DNA from: Longimicrobiales bacterium
Lineage (GTDB): Bacteria; Gemmatimonadota; Gemmatimonadetes; Longimicrobiales; Gaopeijiaceae
Direction of reading: 5' to 3'
Assembly: GCA_965238005.1 (NCBI GenBank)
Contig: OZ250165.1
Location: 32,001 to 96,000 of the forward strand
DNA length: 64,000 bases
Both the position numbers and the translations under genes were made by a program. Shown here piece by piece: positions 1 to 10,075 of the stretch; the first letter of the stretch is position 1, and each line of letters begins with the position of its first letter. The notes under the pieces are model-generated. The model was given only the letters and a program-made list of their open reading frames with translations, was not told the DNA's origin and did no database searches.

Positions 1-190
1 GGGTCCAGATGCGGCTCGGATCCCGGATCCCCACGGCCAGGCCGCTGGTCTCGTCCAGGATCTCGGGGAGCGCCACGGGCGGGCCGTCCAAACGGCACCC
101 GGGGCCGTCTCCGATGGAAAGTCCGCAGGAGAGGATAAGGGGGAGGACGGCGAGTCCGGCCAGGAGGCCGGGGCGTCGGCGAAGCGTCAC
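1..190 (-). CDS. Putative exported/lipoprotein beta-propeller-type protein, N-terminal part (runs off window start)
   Basis: Manual translation MTLRRRPGLLAGLAVLPLILSCG...LPEILDETSGLAVGIRDPSRIWT: lipobox-like LSC and an E-x-SGLA...IWT motif; not in the ORF track because it is truncated. Confidence 0.55.
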   Translation of the reverse strand, partial: MTLRRRPGLLAGLAVLPLILSCGLSIGDGPGCRLDGPPVALPEILDETSGLAVGIRDPSRIWT

Positions 191-201
191 GGGCTTACGG
201 G

Positions 202-387
202 CTAGTGTCCCGTTACCAAAGTGTCTCGGCCAGTCGAGGGCACGGTGCATCCGTGGGCTCGGCGTTGGGACTCCTTGCGACCACGCTTCGCGCGGTGCCC
301 GCGTGCGCTACGCCGCGTCGTCCCGCCTTGATCCCACGGCGCCCCGGCCCTCTTGGTGGCTCGCGAACTTCGGAAACGGAACACTAG
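202..387 (+). mobile_element. MITE-like fold-back repeat, copy 1
   Basis: CTAG at both ends (202-205, 384-387); imperfect terminal IRs CTAGTGTCCCGTTACC / GGAAACGGAACACTAG; near-identical to 3621-3787 and 12317-12484. Confidence 0.85.
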
Positions 388-1190
388 AGGTTATCGGCCG
401 CCGCCTTCACGAGCACGGTGTCGATGATCTCCTCGAAGAGCTCGAGGGGAAGGGCGCCGGAGAAGGGCGCGTACCCTACCACGACGAACGTCGGGGTTGC
501 CCTGACGCCGATCTGCCGGGCCAGAACGGAATGAGCCTGAACGCGCCACAGGAACTCCTCGCTGCTCATGCACGTCCGGTACACTTCCATGTCGAGGCCT
601 AGCTCCTCGGCGATCCCTTCCAGGATCGGCTCCGGCTCGGAGGTCCGTTTCCACTCCGGCTGGCGCCCGAAGAGCGTCTCGGCCATCTCCTCGTAATGAC
701 CCTGATCCAGGGCGCACTCGGCCGCCAGCGCCGCAGGGACGGAGTTGGCCCAGTTGCCGATGACGAAGGGGATCGCCTTCCAGAGGAGCTGTCCCCGGTC
801 GATGTACTTGTCCGTCAGGGCGGGAAGGGTCTCCGCGTGGAACTCGCGACAGAACCCGCATCCGAAGTCGAAGAACTCCAGGATGCGCGCGGGAGCGTCA
901 GGACCGCCGAATTCAACGCCCAGCATGTCGAGGTCGATCTGATCTCCGGGAGGGGTGTTCGGAGCCGGCCGGTTCAGGGCATCGAAGCCCGGCGATCCCG
1001 GAGTTGCCGGAGCCCCGGACGCGAGGAGCTCTCCCGCCCCGCGCGTCGTGAGGCGAGCCTCGTCGGTCGGGACTTCCTGATCACCGATGGCGCACGCACT
1101 GGCGAAGAGCGAGAAGGCGACGCCGAGGAGCACCGGGGCGGTGTAGGCTCTCAGCCCCGGCCTTCGGCTCGAAGCGCTCGAACGGGTCAT
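384..1190 (-). CDS. DsbA/thioredoxin-fold lipoprotein (disulfide oxidoreductase)
   Basis: C-terminal part of ORF 384..1970 from MTRSSASS; lipobox FASAC, EFFDFGCGFC (CxxC), GVRATPTF cis-Pro motif; start abuts the ccdA stop. Confidence 0.85.
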   Translation of the reverse strand: MTRSSASSRRPGLRAYTAPVLLGVAFSLFASACAIGDQEVPTDEARLTTRGAGELLASGAPATPGSPGFDALNRPAPNTPPGDQIDLDMLGVEFGGPDAPARILEFFDFGCGFCREFHAETLPALTDKYIDRGQLLWKAIPFVIGNWANSVPAALAAECALDQGHYEEMAETLFGRQPEWKRTSEPEPILEGIAEELGLDMEVYRTCMSSEEFLWRVQAHSVLARQIGVRATPTFVVVGYAPFSGALPLELFEEIIDTVLVKAAADNL

Positions 1191-1927
1191 CACATCTCCA
1201 AATCGATCCACTGCCCGAGGTCGGCCAGCGACGCCGAGACGGACGCGAACTTTCCAGTAACGAGGAGAACTCCTGCCACGATCAAAAGGATCCCGGCAAC
1301 TCTCTGGGCCGGCAGGGCCCAGCGGCGAACCGCCTCGAAGCTTGCAAGAAACCAATTGAACCCAACGGCGGCAACGAGAAACGGGACTCCCAGCCCCAGC
1401 CCGTACACGGCCAGGAGCAAGGTGCCCCGGGCCACCGTCGCCTCCATGGTGGCGTAGAAGAGGATGGTGGCGAGGATGGGACCGATGCATGGGGTCCATC
1501 CGGCGCCGAAGGCCACTCCCACGGCCAGGGAGCCGATTGCGCCCGAGGGCTTCGACCTCAGATGTACACGGAGGTCGCGCGCGAGTGCCGGAAGCCGCAC
1601 CCAGTCCAAGAGGAGGAGCCCGAAGAAGATCACCAGGATGCCGCCCAGCCGGGTGATGGTGGGAAGCATGCGATTGAACGCCTGGCCGGCGGCCGTGGCC
1701 GAGGCCCCCAGCGTCATGAAGACGAGTAGGAATCCGAGGATGAAAAGCGACGAGTGGAGGACAGCCTTCATCCTGGCTCCGCTGGGACCTTCCTGGGCGA
1801 GCTCGTCGAAGGTGAGCCCCGAAACGTAGGTGACGTAGGTGGGGACCACCGGGAGCACGCACGGCGACAGGAACGACACCAGGCCCGCGAGGAAGGCCAA
1901 GGGGAGCGAGATGCTGACGGTGTCCAT
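1190..1927 (-). CDS. ccdA: Cytochrome c biogenesis protein CcdA
   Basis: AFLAGLVSFLSPCVLP and GWTPCIGPIL motifs, multiple TM helices. Confidence 0.93.
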   Translation of the reverse strand: MDTVSISLPLAFLAGLVSFLSPCVLPVVPTYVTYVSGLTFDELAQEGPSGARMKAVLHSSLFILGFLLVFMTLGASATAAGQAFNRMLPTITRLGGILVIFFGLLLLDWVRLPALARDLRVHLRSKPSGAIGSLAVGVAFGAGWTPCIGPILATILFYATMEATVARGTLLLAVYGLGLGVPFLVAAVGFNWFLASFEAVRRWALPAQRVAGILLIVAGVLLVTGKFASVSASLADLGQWIDLEM

Positions 1928-1969
1928 GGGGCGTTGGGCGCAGGTGCCGGGCTAGAGGCCGGGGGGCCA

Positions 1970-2875
1970 CTAGATCCGGAACTCCTTGAAGAGCCTCCGC
2001 TCCGTGTCGCCCAGCAGGACTGCCCGGAGCTCCACGTGAGCCTCCAGCCCGCTCCCCTTGAGCTTCTCACGGAAGAGCTGGTCGAGCTGGAAGATGCCCG
2101 CCGAGTTCGTGATCTCCACCGTGAGACAGACCGGGCGATCCGCCCCCGCGTCGATGGAGACGGACTCGATGGCCGCCGCCGAGACGGAGTGGATGCTCTC
2201 CGAGCCGGCCTCGAAGGGGATCCGCGAGCGTCCTTTGGCCATGTCCAGCGCGTCGGCGATCCGTACGATGCCTGCCTCGGGCGTCAGGGGCCTGCCCCCG
2301 GAGCGGTGGGCGATGATGGCGTGGAGGACCTCGCTCCGGAGGATGGTGGCGGTGGCCCGGTCGTAGAGCTGGGTGAGGATCGCCTCGAGCTTGTCCTGGG
2401 CGATGAAGAGCGAGTAGCCCTCGTGGTCTGACCGCTGGATGGACATGCCCACGTCGTGCAGCAGCGCCCCCAGCACGACCACCACCTCGGCGTCCTGCAC
2501 CTCGAGTCCGTAGTTCTCCACCACCGAGGGCTGGACGCCTGCCACCACCAGGAGGCGCAGCATCTTCAGCGCGATGTTCGTGACGATCTTCACGTGCACC
2601 GGGCCGTGGTCGGTCATCCCCAGCCGGTCGATGGCCACCACGTTGCTGGCGATCCACAGCGCGTAGAGATCGTCGTCGGCGTTCACGATGTTCATGAGGT
2701 CCCTGAGCTTGGTGCTGTGGTGGTCGGGCACCGTGATCCGGATGCGTCGGGCGAACCGCTCCTCCACGGTCTGCCCGGCGCTGCCGCCGGCCGAAAGCTC
2801 CTCGAGGTCCTCCCCTCCATCGTCGAGCTCGAGGTTCGCCATCTCCTCCTCGAGCTCTTCCAACTCTTCGGTCAT
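1970..2875 (-). CDS. HD-domain phosphohydrolase
   Basis: DHGPVH...LLHDVGM...H...IADALD HD-superfamily motifs; start at MTEELEE. Confidence 0.85.
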   Translation of the reverse strand: MTEELEELEEEMANLELDDGGEDLEELSAGGSAGQTVEERFARRIRITVPDHHSTKLRDLMNIVNADDDLYALWIASNVVAIDRLGMTDHGPVHVKIVTNIALKMLRLLVVAGVQPSVVENYGLEVQDAEVVVVLGALLHDVGMSIQRSDHEGYSLFIAQDKLEAILTQLYDRATATILRSEVLHAIIAHRSGGRPLTPEAGIVRIADALDMAKGRSRIPFEAGSESIHSVSAAAIESVSIDAGADRPVCLTVEITNSAGIFQLDQLFREKLKGSGLEAHVELRAVLLGDTERRLFKEFRI

Positions 2876-2921
2876 GGGTCTCCGGGGGTGTCGGTGGTCT
2901 GTTCGTCCGAGTCCTGAGCGC

Positions 2922-3074
2922 CTAGATCCCATCGGCCGGGCCCCCTCCGGGAGACCGCCGAGCACACCCACGAGACCTGCGCGGAGGCGCCAGTGGCGTT
3001 CCCAGGAGCGGAGGGTCCACCGAGAACGCGTCGGGCGTGATGATGGTCCTGGGGTCTTGGGTGTAGGTGTGCAT
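2922..3074 (-). pseudogene. Remnant of an RDD-family membrane protein (N-terminus only)
   Basis: Manual translation MHTYTQDPRTIITPDAFSVDPPLLGTPLAPPRR..., resembling the conserved N-terminus preceding RDD domains; ORF ends after 50 aa. Confidence 0.45.
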
Positions 3075-3091
3075 GTGCTTCGGGAGGCGGG

Positions 3092-3574
3092 TCAGGAGCG
3101 GCGTTGCCGCATGGCCAGGTAAAGCCCGGCGGCGGCGCCAAGGAGCGCGGAGCCCCAGAGCACGCGCTTCGAGCTCAGCCGCCTGCCCGCCGGGGCGGGC
3201 GCCTTGTCCGGGCCGGGCTCGGACGCTGCCGTAGGGGGTTGGACCGCCCGACGGGGTCGGGTCGCCGCCTGCCCGTTACCGGCGGTGCTCGCCGGTCCCG
3301 CCTTCGAAGTCGCCTCGCCGGGGGCTGTTCCCTCGAAGCCACACTCCGGGCACGAGACGAAGCCCTTCTCCATGGCGGTCCGATTGGGGAAGAAAAGCTC
3401 GGCCTGGCACTGGGGGCATGGGCTTCCGGCCGGCAAGGGTCGAACGAGGCCGTAGAGCCGGCTTTTCGAGAGGTCCATCTCCTCGACGATCTGATTCACG
3501 CTCCGCTCGGATCGCCAGTAGAGCTCGTTGGCTCGGTCGGAGAGTTTCTGGTCCTGGGTCTCCTTGGACGGCAT
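3092..3574 (-). CDS. Hypothetical protein with HTH-like N-terminus, CxxC...CxxC zinc ribbon and C-terminal membrane anchor
   Basis: SVNQIVEEMDLSKSRLY, CPQC...CPEC, hydrophobic C-terminus. Confidence 0.7.
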   Translation of the reverse strand: MPSKETQDQKLSDRANELYWRSERSVNQIVEEMDLSKSRLYGLVRPLPAGSPCPQCQAELFFPNRTAMEKGFVSCPECGFEGTAPGEATSKAGPASTAGNGQAATRPRRAVQPPTAASEPGPDKAPAPAGRRLSSKRVLWGSALLGAAAGLYLAMRQRRS

Positions 3575-3620
3575 CGGACAGCTCGCGGTTCAGGCCGGTG
3601 GCGGGGCCATGAATAGGGGC

Positions 3621-3787
3621 TTAGTGTCCATTACCAAAGTGTCTCGGCCAGTCGAGGGCACGGTGCATCCGTGGGTTCGGCGTTGGGACTCCTTACCGTA
3701 GCTTGCGCTACGCCGCGTCGTCCCGCCTTGATCCCACGACGCCCCGACCCTCTTGGTGGCTCGCGAACTGCGGCAACGGAACATTAG
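3621..3787 (+). mobile_element. MITE-like fold-back repeat, copy 2
   Basis: TTAG at both ends (3621-3624, 3784-3787); body matches copy 1 with a shorter central loop. Confidence 0.85.
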
Positions 3788-3872
3788 AGTGGTGTCTCGA
3801 ACTCCATTCGGGGTCGCGCGAAGAAGATAGCGGGCCCGGTAGGCGCGTGCGAGACAACTCCTGGAGCCGTGC

Positions 3873-4499
3873 TTGAACATTCCCGCGCCCCATGGACATC
3901 TGGAGGCCGTCCTCCGCATGCCGCCCGGCCCGGCCCGCGGAGCCGGCGTCGTCTGTCACCCCCATCCCCTTCACGGCGGTACGATGCACACCAAGGCCGT
4001 GTTTCGCGCGGCTCAGGCCCTGGCCGACGCGAGCATTGCCGGACTGCGCTTCAACTTTCGAGGCGTGGGCACCAGCACCGGCAGGTACGAGGAGGGGATC
4101 GGGGAGAGGGACGATGTGGCCGCGGCGTTGGACTGGCTGGAGGAGCAGTATCCTGGCCGGCCCCTGTTGGCGGGCGGATTCTCCTTCGGGTCGATGGTGT
4201 CCCTGGGCTACGCCGTCACGGACCCGCGGGTCGTGGCGCTCTTCGGGATCGGCATTCCGGTGCGCCTGTACGACTATACCTTCCTGAAGGACGTGGATAA
4301 GCCGGTGCTCATCGTCCAGGGTGACGAGGACGAGTTCGGCTCGGGCCCGGAGGTGGAGCCGGTCGTGGCCGAGCTGGGATCCCACGTGACTCTGGTCCGG
4401 ATCCCGGGAGCGGATCATTACTTCAACGGGCACATCGACGAGATGAAGGGCGCGCTCACGGACTTCTTCCGAGGCGGCCCCGGGGGAAACGTGCTATGA
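3873..4499 (+). CDS. Alpha/beta-fold hydrolase
   Basis: CHPHPLHGGTM, RFNFRGVG, GFSFG nucleophile elbow, GADHYF. Confidence 0.9.
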   Translation: MNIPAPHGHLEAVLRMPPGPARGAGVVCHPHPLHGGTMHTKAVFRAAQALADASIAGLRFNFRGVGTSTGRYEEGIGERDDVAAALDWLEEQYPGRPLLAGGFSFGSMVSLGYAVTDPRVVALFGIGIPVRLYDYTFLKDVDKPVLIVQGDEDEFGSGPEVEPVVAELGSHVTLVRIPGADHYFNGHIDEMKGALTDFFRGGPGGNVL

Positions 4500-4741
4500 G
4501 AGATCGACAACGGATTCTCGACAACCTGGAAAAGCTCTATCGCGACGAGCTCGATCGGGGTGCGGGGGGCGAGGGTGCCGACGCCGGACGCCTCGATTTC
4601 GCGTTTCAGCGCGATCAGATCTATCTGGAGGTCATGCTGGACCTCCGGGACCTCTTGAGCGGTGCCCCCGAGGAGGCAAAGTCGACGTCCTCGCTTCTGG
4701 AGAAGGCTCAGAAGCTCCGGAACCTGACCCGGCTCCGCTGA
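4496..4741 (+). CDS. Hypothetical protein
   Basis: 81-aa ORF overlapping the upstream stop (ATGA), operon-like packing. Confidence 0.7.
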   Translation: MRDRQRILDNLEKLYRDELDRGAGGEGADAGRLDFAFQRDQIYLEVMLDLRDLLSGAPEEAKSTSSLLEKAQKLRNLTRLR

Positions 4742-4745
4742 CGCC

Positions 4746-5300
4746 GTGAAGATCTACACCAAGACGGGGGACGACGGCGACACCGGACTCTTCGGCGGCG
4801 GTCGCGTACCCAAGAGCCACCCCAGGGTCGCCGCCTACGGGACGGTGGATGAGCTCAGCTCGTTCGTTGGCCTCGCGGTGGAGGCCGTGGCGGATGCGAC
4901 GGTCCGCCGGGGCCTGCAGGCCATTCAGCACGATCTCTTCGCCCTGGGGGCGATCCTGGCCACCACCCCGGCGGACGGGATCCGCCCCGAGCCCCAGACG
5001 CCCGATGTGCCCGTGGGACGGATCGGCGAGATGGAGGCGTGGATAGATGAGGCCACGAGCGAGCTCGAGGAGCTCAGGGACTTCATCCTTCCGGGCGGGA
5101 CCCGGGGGGCGGCTCTCCTCCATGTGTGCCGCACGGTATGCCGGCGGGCCGAGCGAGCGGTGGTGGGCCTGGCCGAGTCGGAGCGGGTAGAGGACGGAGT
5201 TCTGCCCTACCTGAATCGTCTCTCCGACCTCTTCTTCGTCTGGGCCCGCTTGGAGAATCACCGGGGAGGGGAGCCGGACCTCCTCTGGACGAAGGAGTGA
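4746..5300 (+). CDS. pduO: Cob(I)alamin adenosyltransferase, PduO type
   Basis: KIYTKTGDDGDTGL, YGTVDEL, RTVCRRAER, YLNRLSD motifs. Confidence 0.95.
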   Translation: MKIYTKTGDDGDTGLFGGGRVPKSHPRVAAYGTVDELSSFVGLAVEAVADATVRRGLQAIQHDLFALGAILATTPADGIRPEPQTPDVPVGRIGEMEAWIDEATSELEELRDFILPGGTRGAALLHVCRTVCRRAERAVVGLAESERVEDGVLPYLNRLSDLFFVWARLENHRGGEPDLLWTKE

Positions 5301-5301
5301 C

Positions 5302-6144
5302 GTGATCCACCGGAGGTTCGAGGTCGTCTCTCCTCACCTGAACAAGGGTGAGATCATTCGGGGCGACGTGCGCTACGCCGAGGGGCCGGCGCCCCGAACG
5401 GCCGTCATCGTGGTCCACGGATTCAAGGGCTACAAGGACTGGGGCTTCTTCCCCCATCTCTGCGAGCGGCTCGCCATCGCCGGCCATGCGGTTGTCTCCT
5501 TCAACTTCTCCCGGAACGGCGTCGGTGACGACCTCGACTCCTTCACCGAGCTCGAGCGCTTCGCCGCCAACACCTACGGCCGAGAGCTCGAGGACCTGCG
5601 CTGGATGGTGGATGCCGTGGCGGGTGGGGAGTTCCTCTCCCGGCGTCCCGAACGGATGGGGCTCATGGGACACAGCCGGGGCGGTGGGGCCGCCATCCTC
5701 CACGCCCGTAGCGACGAGCGACTGGCCGCCCTCGTGACGTGGGCCGCTGTCTCCCACTACGACCGCTGGACGGAGGAGACCAAGGCGGAGTGGAGGAAGT
5801 CGGGCCGCGTCCACGTCCTGAACTCCCGCACCGGGCAGCAGATGCCCTTGGACGTGTCCCTCCTTGAAGACTTCGAGGCGAACGCCGAGCGTCTCTCGAT
5901 TCTCGATGCGGCGAGGGAGGTGCAGGCTCCCTGGCTCATCGTCCATGGCCGAGACGACCTGACGGTAGCGGAGGCGGAGGCGCTGGAGCTGGCCCGGGTG
6001 TCGGGGAAGGCCAGGCTCGTTCTGGTGGAGAGGAGCGGTCACACCTTCGAGGTGGGCCACCCCTTCCAACGCTCGAGCCCCCAGCTCGCCGAGGCCATCG
6101 ACGCCACCACCGGGCACTTCGCCATCCACCTGGGCGAGGGGTGA
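5302..6144 (+). CDS. Alpha/beta hydrolase family protein
   Basis: HGFKGYKDWGFF, GHSRGG, VHGRDD, GHTF. Confidence 0.9.
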   Translation: MIHRRFEVVSPHLNKGEIIRGDVRYAEGPAPRTAVIVVHGFKGYKDWGFFPHLCERLAIAGHAVVSFNFSRNGVGDDLDSFTELERFAANTYGRELEDLRWMVDAVAGGEFLSRRPERMGLMGHSRGGGAAILHARSDERLAALVTWAAVSHYDRWTEETKAEWRKSGRVHVLNSRTGQQMPLDVSLLEDFEANAERLSILDAAREVQAPWLIVHGRDDLTVAEAEALELARVSGKARLVLVERSGHTFEVGHPFQRSSPQLAEAIDATTGHFAIHLGEG

Positions 6145-6737
6145 ACGAGGGGCCGCCCGGGGTTCCCACCCGCTGGGAGCGCATGATCGAGCGCCTCGAT
6201 CGGACGGCCCTGGTGCACGGCGTCGACGCGGGGGGACGGAGCCTGATCGAGGGGGCGTTCCGCGCGGCCATGGCCCCGAGGCTGGCCGTCATCCATGACG
6301 ACCATCATCCGGACTACCTGCACCCGGGCCGGACGGCAGCGATCCTCCTGGACGACGTGGGCCTGACCGAGCCCGTGGCCCTGGCGGCGGCTTGCCTGGT
6401 GGACAGCCAGCGACCAGAGCTCGAGCCCTCGGACTCGGAGGTGGAGGCCCAGGTCGGACGGGACGTCCTGGACTTTCGCGACCGCGTGCCACGGCCGGGC
6501 TCCGAACGCCTTCTGGAGGATCTGCTGGGGAGCGAGCCTCAGGTGGGGCTCGTGGCGCTTGCCGAGCGCCTGGACCATCTGCGCCACGCCCACCTCTGGG
6601 GGGATCTCGAGACGGCCTGTGCCGCCCACGCGGAGGGCTCGGCCGTGTACCTCGCCGTGGCGGAGCGCGCCCACCCGCTTCTCGCGCGCAGATACGCCCA
6701 CTGCTGCCGCATTTTCAGCATAAAATACGCTACTTGA
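6141..6737 (+). CDS. HD-domain-like protein (degenerate RelA/SpoT hydrolase-like fold)
   Basis: [11 protein letters not shown]...[10 protein letters not shown]; coupled to the upstream gene. Confidence 0.6.
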   Translation: MNEGPPGVPTRWERMIERLDRTALVHGVDAGGRSLIEGAFRAAMAPRLAVIHDDHHPDYLHPGRTAAILLDDVGLTEPVALAAACLVDSQRPELEPSDSEVEAQVGRDVLDFRDRVPRPGSERLLEDLLGSEPQVGLVALAERLDHLRHAHLWGDLETACAAHAEGSAVYLAVAERAHPLLARRYAHCCRIFSIKYAT

Positions 6738-6841
6738 CGGCCCCGGCCTTTCCTGCCTTAATGATGGGTCGGCCAGGGACGATGTTTCACCCGGACCGAG
6801 AGGGTCCAGGTCCACGTGCCAGGCAAGATAAGCGGCAGTCC

Positions 6842-7078
6842 ATGACCTACATCATTGCCGAACCCTGCATCGGTACCAAAGACGCGAGCTGCGTAGAGGT
6901 ATGCCCCGTCGACTGTATCTATGAGGGGGACGACATGTACTACATACACCCGGACGAATGCATCGACTGTGGTGCCTGTGAGCCCGAGTGTCCGGTGACG
7001 GCCATCTTCCCGGACACCGACGTGCCACCGGAGTGGACGAGCTACCTCGAGAAGAACGCGGTCTTCTTCGACAAGTAG
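6842..7078 (+). CDS. Ferredoxin (dicluster 7Fe/8Fe type)
   Basis: [26 protein letters not shown]...[13 protein letters not shown]. Confidence 0.95.
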   Translation: MTYIIAEPCIGTKDASCVEVCPVDCIYEGDDMYYIHPDECIDCGACEPECPVTAIFPDTDVPPEWTSYLEKNAVFFDK

Positions 7079-7109
7079 GACTGAGCCTTCGACAGAAACA
7101 GGTGGAAAA

Positions 7110-7147
7110 AAGAGACGGAGGGACGCCGGCGCGCCCTCCGTTTTCTC
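7110..7147. terminator. Probable bidirectional intrinsic terminator
   Basis: ACGGAGGG...CCCTCCGT stem flanked by A-run and T-run, between convergent genes. Confidence 0.55.
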
Positions 7148-7199
7148 ATGCCCCTCGACCGGGGGTTGCCCGGGCGATGCAATAAGCCGGATGCGAGTC

Positions 7200-7388
7200 T
7201 TAGATACCGAGCTCGCGAAGTCGCTCCAGGGAGATGCTCCCCGGAACGGCCTCACCCGCTGGCACGTCGACCGTCTCCTTGGGCGTGACCTGCTTCGTCT
7301 GACGAATGAGAAGCAGGCTCGCCACCGCGGCGGCGGCCCCAAGGATGCCCAGCGTCACCTTACGAATGATGCCCTCCTGTATGTGCAT
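7200..7388 (-). CDS. Small single-TM hypothetical protein
   Basis: 62-aa ORF with a hydrophobic segment TLGILGAAAAVASLLLI. Confidence 0.5.
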   Translation of the reverse strand: MHIQEGIIRKVTLGILGAAAAVASLLLIRQTKQVTPKETVDVPAGEAVPGSISLERLRELGI

Positions 7389-7732
7389 CGCTACTTACTG
7401 CGCCATCCCCACCTTACCCTAGGCACGAATCGTGCCGAGGCGGCCCGAAGCACGTTGCTGGTCCTCTAAGTGGTGGTCTACGAGTAAAATACGCTGGACC
7501 GGCCGATTAGTTTCACACCGACCATCATCCAAAATCCGACGGCGACTTGCCGGGAGTGCCGGAAAGTCCGTCTCTGTCGCCCGGTAAAGTTGGCACCGGG
7601 AACGGTGGGGGCTACTCTCACCGAGGCCGGTAGCGTCCGGTGCGCGGGGTGGATCGAGCCGGGTACACGGCGGGACGTTCGCCGCGGCTCAGGGGAGAAA
7701 AACGCATCAAAAAAGGGGAAAGGGATCGCAAC

Positions 7733-8926
7733 TTGAGTCAGGACACGAACTCATACTCGGACGCGGCTCGGCACGGGGACGCCCTGGCCATCGCCCAGGC
7801 CCTCGTCGCCACGCCCTCCGTGAACCCCATGCTGGAGGAGGGGGGCGCCGGTGAGGGGGCCATCGCCGAGCTGACGGCTGGGTGGCTCCGGGAGTGGGGG
7901 CTCGAGGTGGAGACGGTGGAGGCGTCGCCGGGCCGCTGGAACGTGCAGGCCCGCATGGGTGACCCCGGGGCGGGCCCTACGGTCCTCCTGAACGGCCACC
8001 TGGACACGGTGGGCGTGGCCGGCATGACCATCCCTCCCTTCGGCGCGGCGATCCGGGACGGCCGGCTGTGGGGGCGGGGCTCCTGCGACATGAAGGGCGG
8101 GGTGGCGTCCCTGCTCGCGGCGACGGCGAGGGTGGCCAAGGGGGATCCGCTCACCGGGTCGTTCGTCGTGGCGCTCACCGCCGACGAGGAGCACGCGAGC
8201 CTCGGCATGGACGCCGTGGTGCGCTCCGGCGTGCGGGCTGATGCCGCGGTCGTATGCGAGCCCACGAGCCTGGCCATCATGCCTGCCCACAAGGGCTTCG
8301 TGTGGGTCGATGCCCTCTTCCGCGGGAAGGCGGCCCACGGGTCGCGGCCCGAGGTGGGGGTGGACGCCATCGAGCACGCCGGGCGGTACTTGACCCGGCT
8401 CGGGAGCCTGCAGGCCGAGCTCAAGGAGGCGCATCCGCATCCGCTCCTGGCCCACGGCTCATTCCACGCGGGCACCATCAGCGGTGGCTCGGCGCCCTCG
8501 GTATACCCCAGCGAATGCAAGCTCGTCCTGGAGCGGCGGACCCTGCCCGGCGAGAACCCGGCCCGGGTCATGGAGGAATTCCAGGCCGTTCTGGACGGGC
8601 TGGCGGCCGAGGTCCCCCAGCTCGACGCCGAGCTGGTTCAAGGGCTCACGCGGCCGGCCACCGAGGTGCCCGAGGACTCCGCGCTCGTGCAATCGCTGAT
8701 CTCGGCGTGCTTGGTCCAGGGGGTGGAGCCTGTGGTGGAGGGCATGACCGCCTGGGTGGATGCGGCGTTCCTGAACGAGGCGGGCACGCCGGCCGTCTGC
8801 TTCGGCCCCGGCTCCATCGGCCAGGCGCACTCGGCCGACGAATGGATTGATCCGTTGCAGATCTCCACGTGCGCCGACGTGCTGCATCAGTTCGTCGGCG
8901 ACTTCCTGGGTGGGGGAGACGGATGA
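7733..8926 (+). CDS. ArgE/DapE-family M20 deacylase
   Basis: LNGHLDTV, GRGSCDMKGG, ADEE, CEPT, AHSADE; start uncertain (TTG 7733). Confidence 0.92.
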   Translation: MSQDTNSYSDAARHGDALAIAQALVATPSVNPMLEEGGAGEGAIAELTAGWLREWGLEVETVEASPGRWNVQARMGDPGAGPTVLLNGHLDTVGVAGMTIPPFGAAIRDGRLWGRGSCDMKGGVASLLAATARVAKGDPLTGSFVVALTADEEHASLGMDAVVRSGVRADAAVVCEPTSLAIMPAHKGFVWVDALFRGKAAHGSRPEVGVDAIEHAGRYLTRLGSLQAELKEAHPHPLLAHGSFHAGTISGGSAPSVYPSECKLVLERRTLPGENPARVMEEFQAVLDGLAAEVPQLDAELVQGLTRPATEVPEDSALVQSLISACLVQGVEPVVEGMTAWVDAAFLNEAGTPAVCFGPGSIGQAHSADEWIDPLQISTCADVLHQFVGDFLGGGDG

Positions 8927-9618
8927 GCGAGGGGATGAACGTTCGGCAACAGGGCCTGAAAGCGGCGCGCCAGCGAGCGGTGGACACGCTCATGGAGCAC
9001 TTCGCCAACGACGTCCTGGACATGACAGAGTTCGAGCGGCGCCTCGACGTGGCGAACCGGGCCGCTAACGAGGCGGAGCTGAACGAGCTCCTCGCCGACC
9101 TGCCGGCAACGGATCTTCCGGTGCCTGCCCCGAGCGTGGTCCCGGCCCGGGGCGGTGCTCCCGTCGTCGTGTCCGCCGATCGGGTGAAAGAGCGCGCCTA
9201 CATGGTGAGCCTCATGGGGGGCAACAGCCGCACCGGCCGCTGGGTGCCGGCCCGCAGCAACTTCGCGATCGGGGTCATGGGCGGCTTCTCACTCGACTTC
9301 CGTGAGGCCATGCTGGGTCCCGGCGTGACCGACGTGAACGTGTTCGTTCTGATGGGTGGAGCCGAGATCATCGTGCCTCCGGAGATGGCGGTGGAGGCGA
9401 GCGGCTTCGCCATCATGGGTGGGTTCGATCACGAGACCGACGAGCCGCTCCGGACCGATCCCTATCGCCCCGTCCTCCGGATAAAGGGCTTCGCCATGTG
9501 TGGCAGGGTCGGTGTGGAGGTGCGGCTCCCCGGGGAGACCGCCAGGCAGGCCAAGAAGCGACGGCGGCTGGAGAAGAAGGAGCTTCAGCCGAGGCTGGCC
9601 CCGCCCAAAGAGGACTGA
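8923..9618 (+). CDS. DUF1707 (SHOCT-like) domain protein with LiaF-like C-terminal domain
   Basis: RQRAVDTLMEHFANDVLDMTEFERRLD...LLADLP; MGGFSLDFREA...MGGAEIIVPP. Confidence 0.8.
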   Translation: MSEGMNVRQQGLKAARQRAVDTLMEHFANDVLDMTEFERRLDVANRAANEAELNELLADLPATDLPVPAPSVVPARGGAPVVVSADRVKERAYMVSLMGGNSRTGRWVPARSNFAIGVMGGFSLDFREAMLGPGVTDVNVFVLMGGAEIIVPPEMAVEASGFAIMGGFDHETDEPLRTDPYRPVLRIKGFAMCGRVGVEVRLPGETARQAKKRRRLEKKELQPRLAPPKED

Positions 9619-9650
9619 CCGACAGAGTACAACCAACCAGGAGGACAACG

Positions 9651-10067
9651 ATGGAGAATGACGGCGCGCGCACGGGCGTGGCCCACTTCACCCATAACGC
9701 CATGCGGATCGTGGTGGGCTTCCTCTTCTGGCTCCACGGCCTCCAGAAGCTCTTGGGGATACTCGGTCGGGACGAGCCGGTGGAGCTCATGTCATGGCTC
9801 GGAGTTGCCGGCGTCATCGAGAGCATCGGTGGTGCCCTGATCATTCTTGGTCTGTTCACCCGGCCGGTGGCGTTCATCCTGGCCGGCGAGATGGCGATCG
9901 CCTACTTCAGGGTCCACATGCCGCGGGATCTGTGGCCCATCATGAACGGGGGGGAGCGGGCCGCGTTCTACTGCTGGACCTACCTCTTCTTCGCGGCGAA
10001 CGGCGCCGGGGCATTCAGCTTCGACGGACTCCTTCGCGCACGACGCCGGTCACGGGTAGCCGAATAG
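9651..10067 (+). CDS. DoxX family membrane protein
   Basis: RIVVGFLFWLHGLQKL, GLFTRPVAFILAGEMA, NGGE, GAGAFSFD. Confidence 0.9.
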   Translation: MENDGARTGVAHFTHNAMRIVVGFLFWLHGLQKLLGILGRDEPVELMSWLGVAGVIESIGGALIILGLFTRPVAFILAGEMAIAYFRVHMPRDLWPIMNGGERAAFYCWTYLFFAANGAGAFSFDGLLRARRRSRVAE

Positions 10068-10075
10068 AGTTGACT

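Noticed and set aside
7500..7700. RNase P RNA or SAM riboswitch (GGAAAGTCCG; GGTGCCAA on the minus strand)
   Set aside because: Only isolated short motifs; the other conserved elements were not found.
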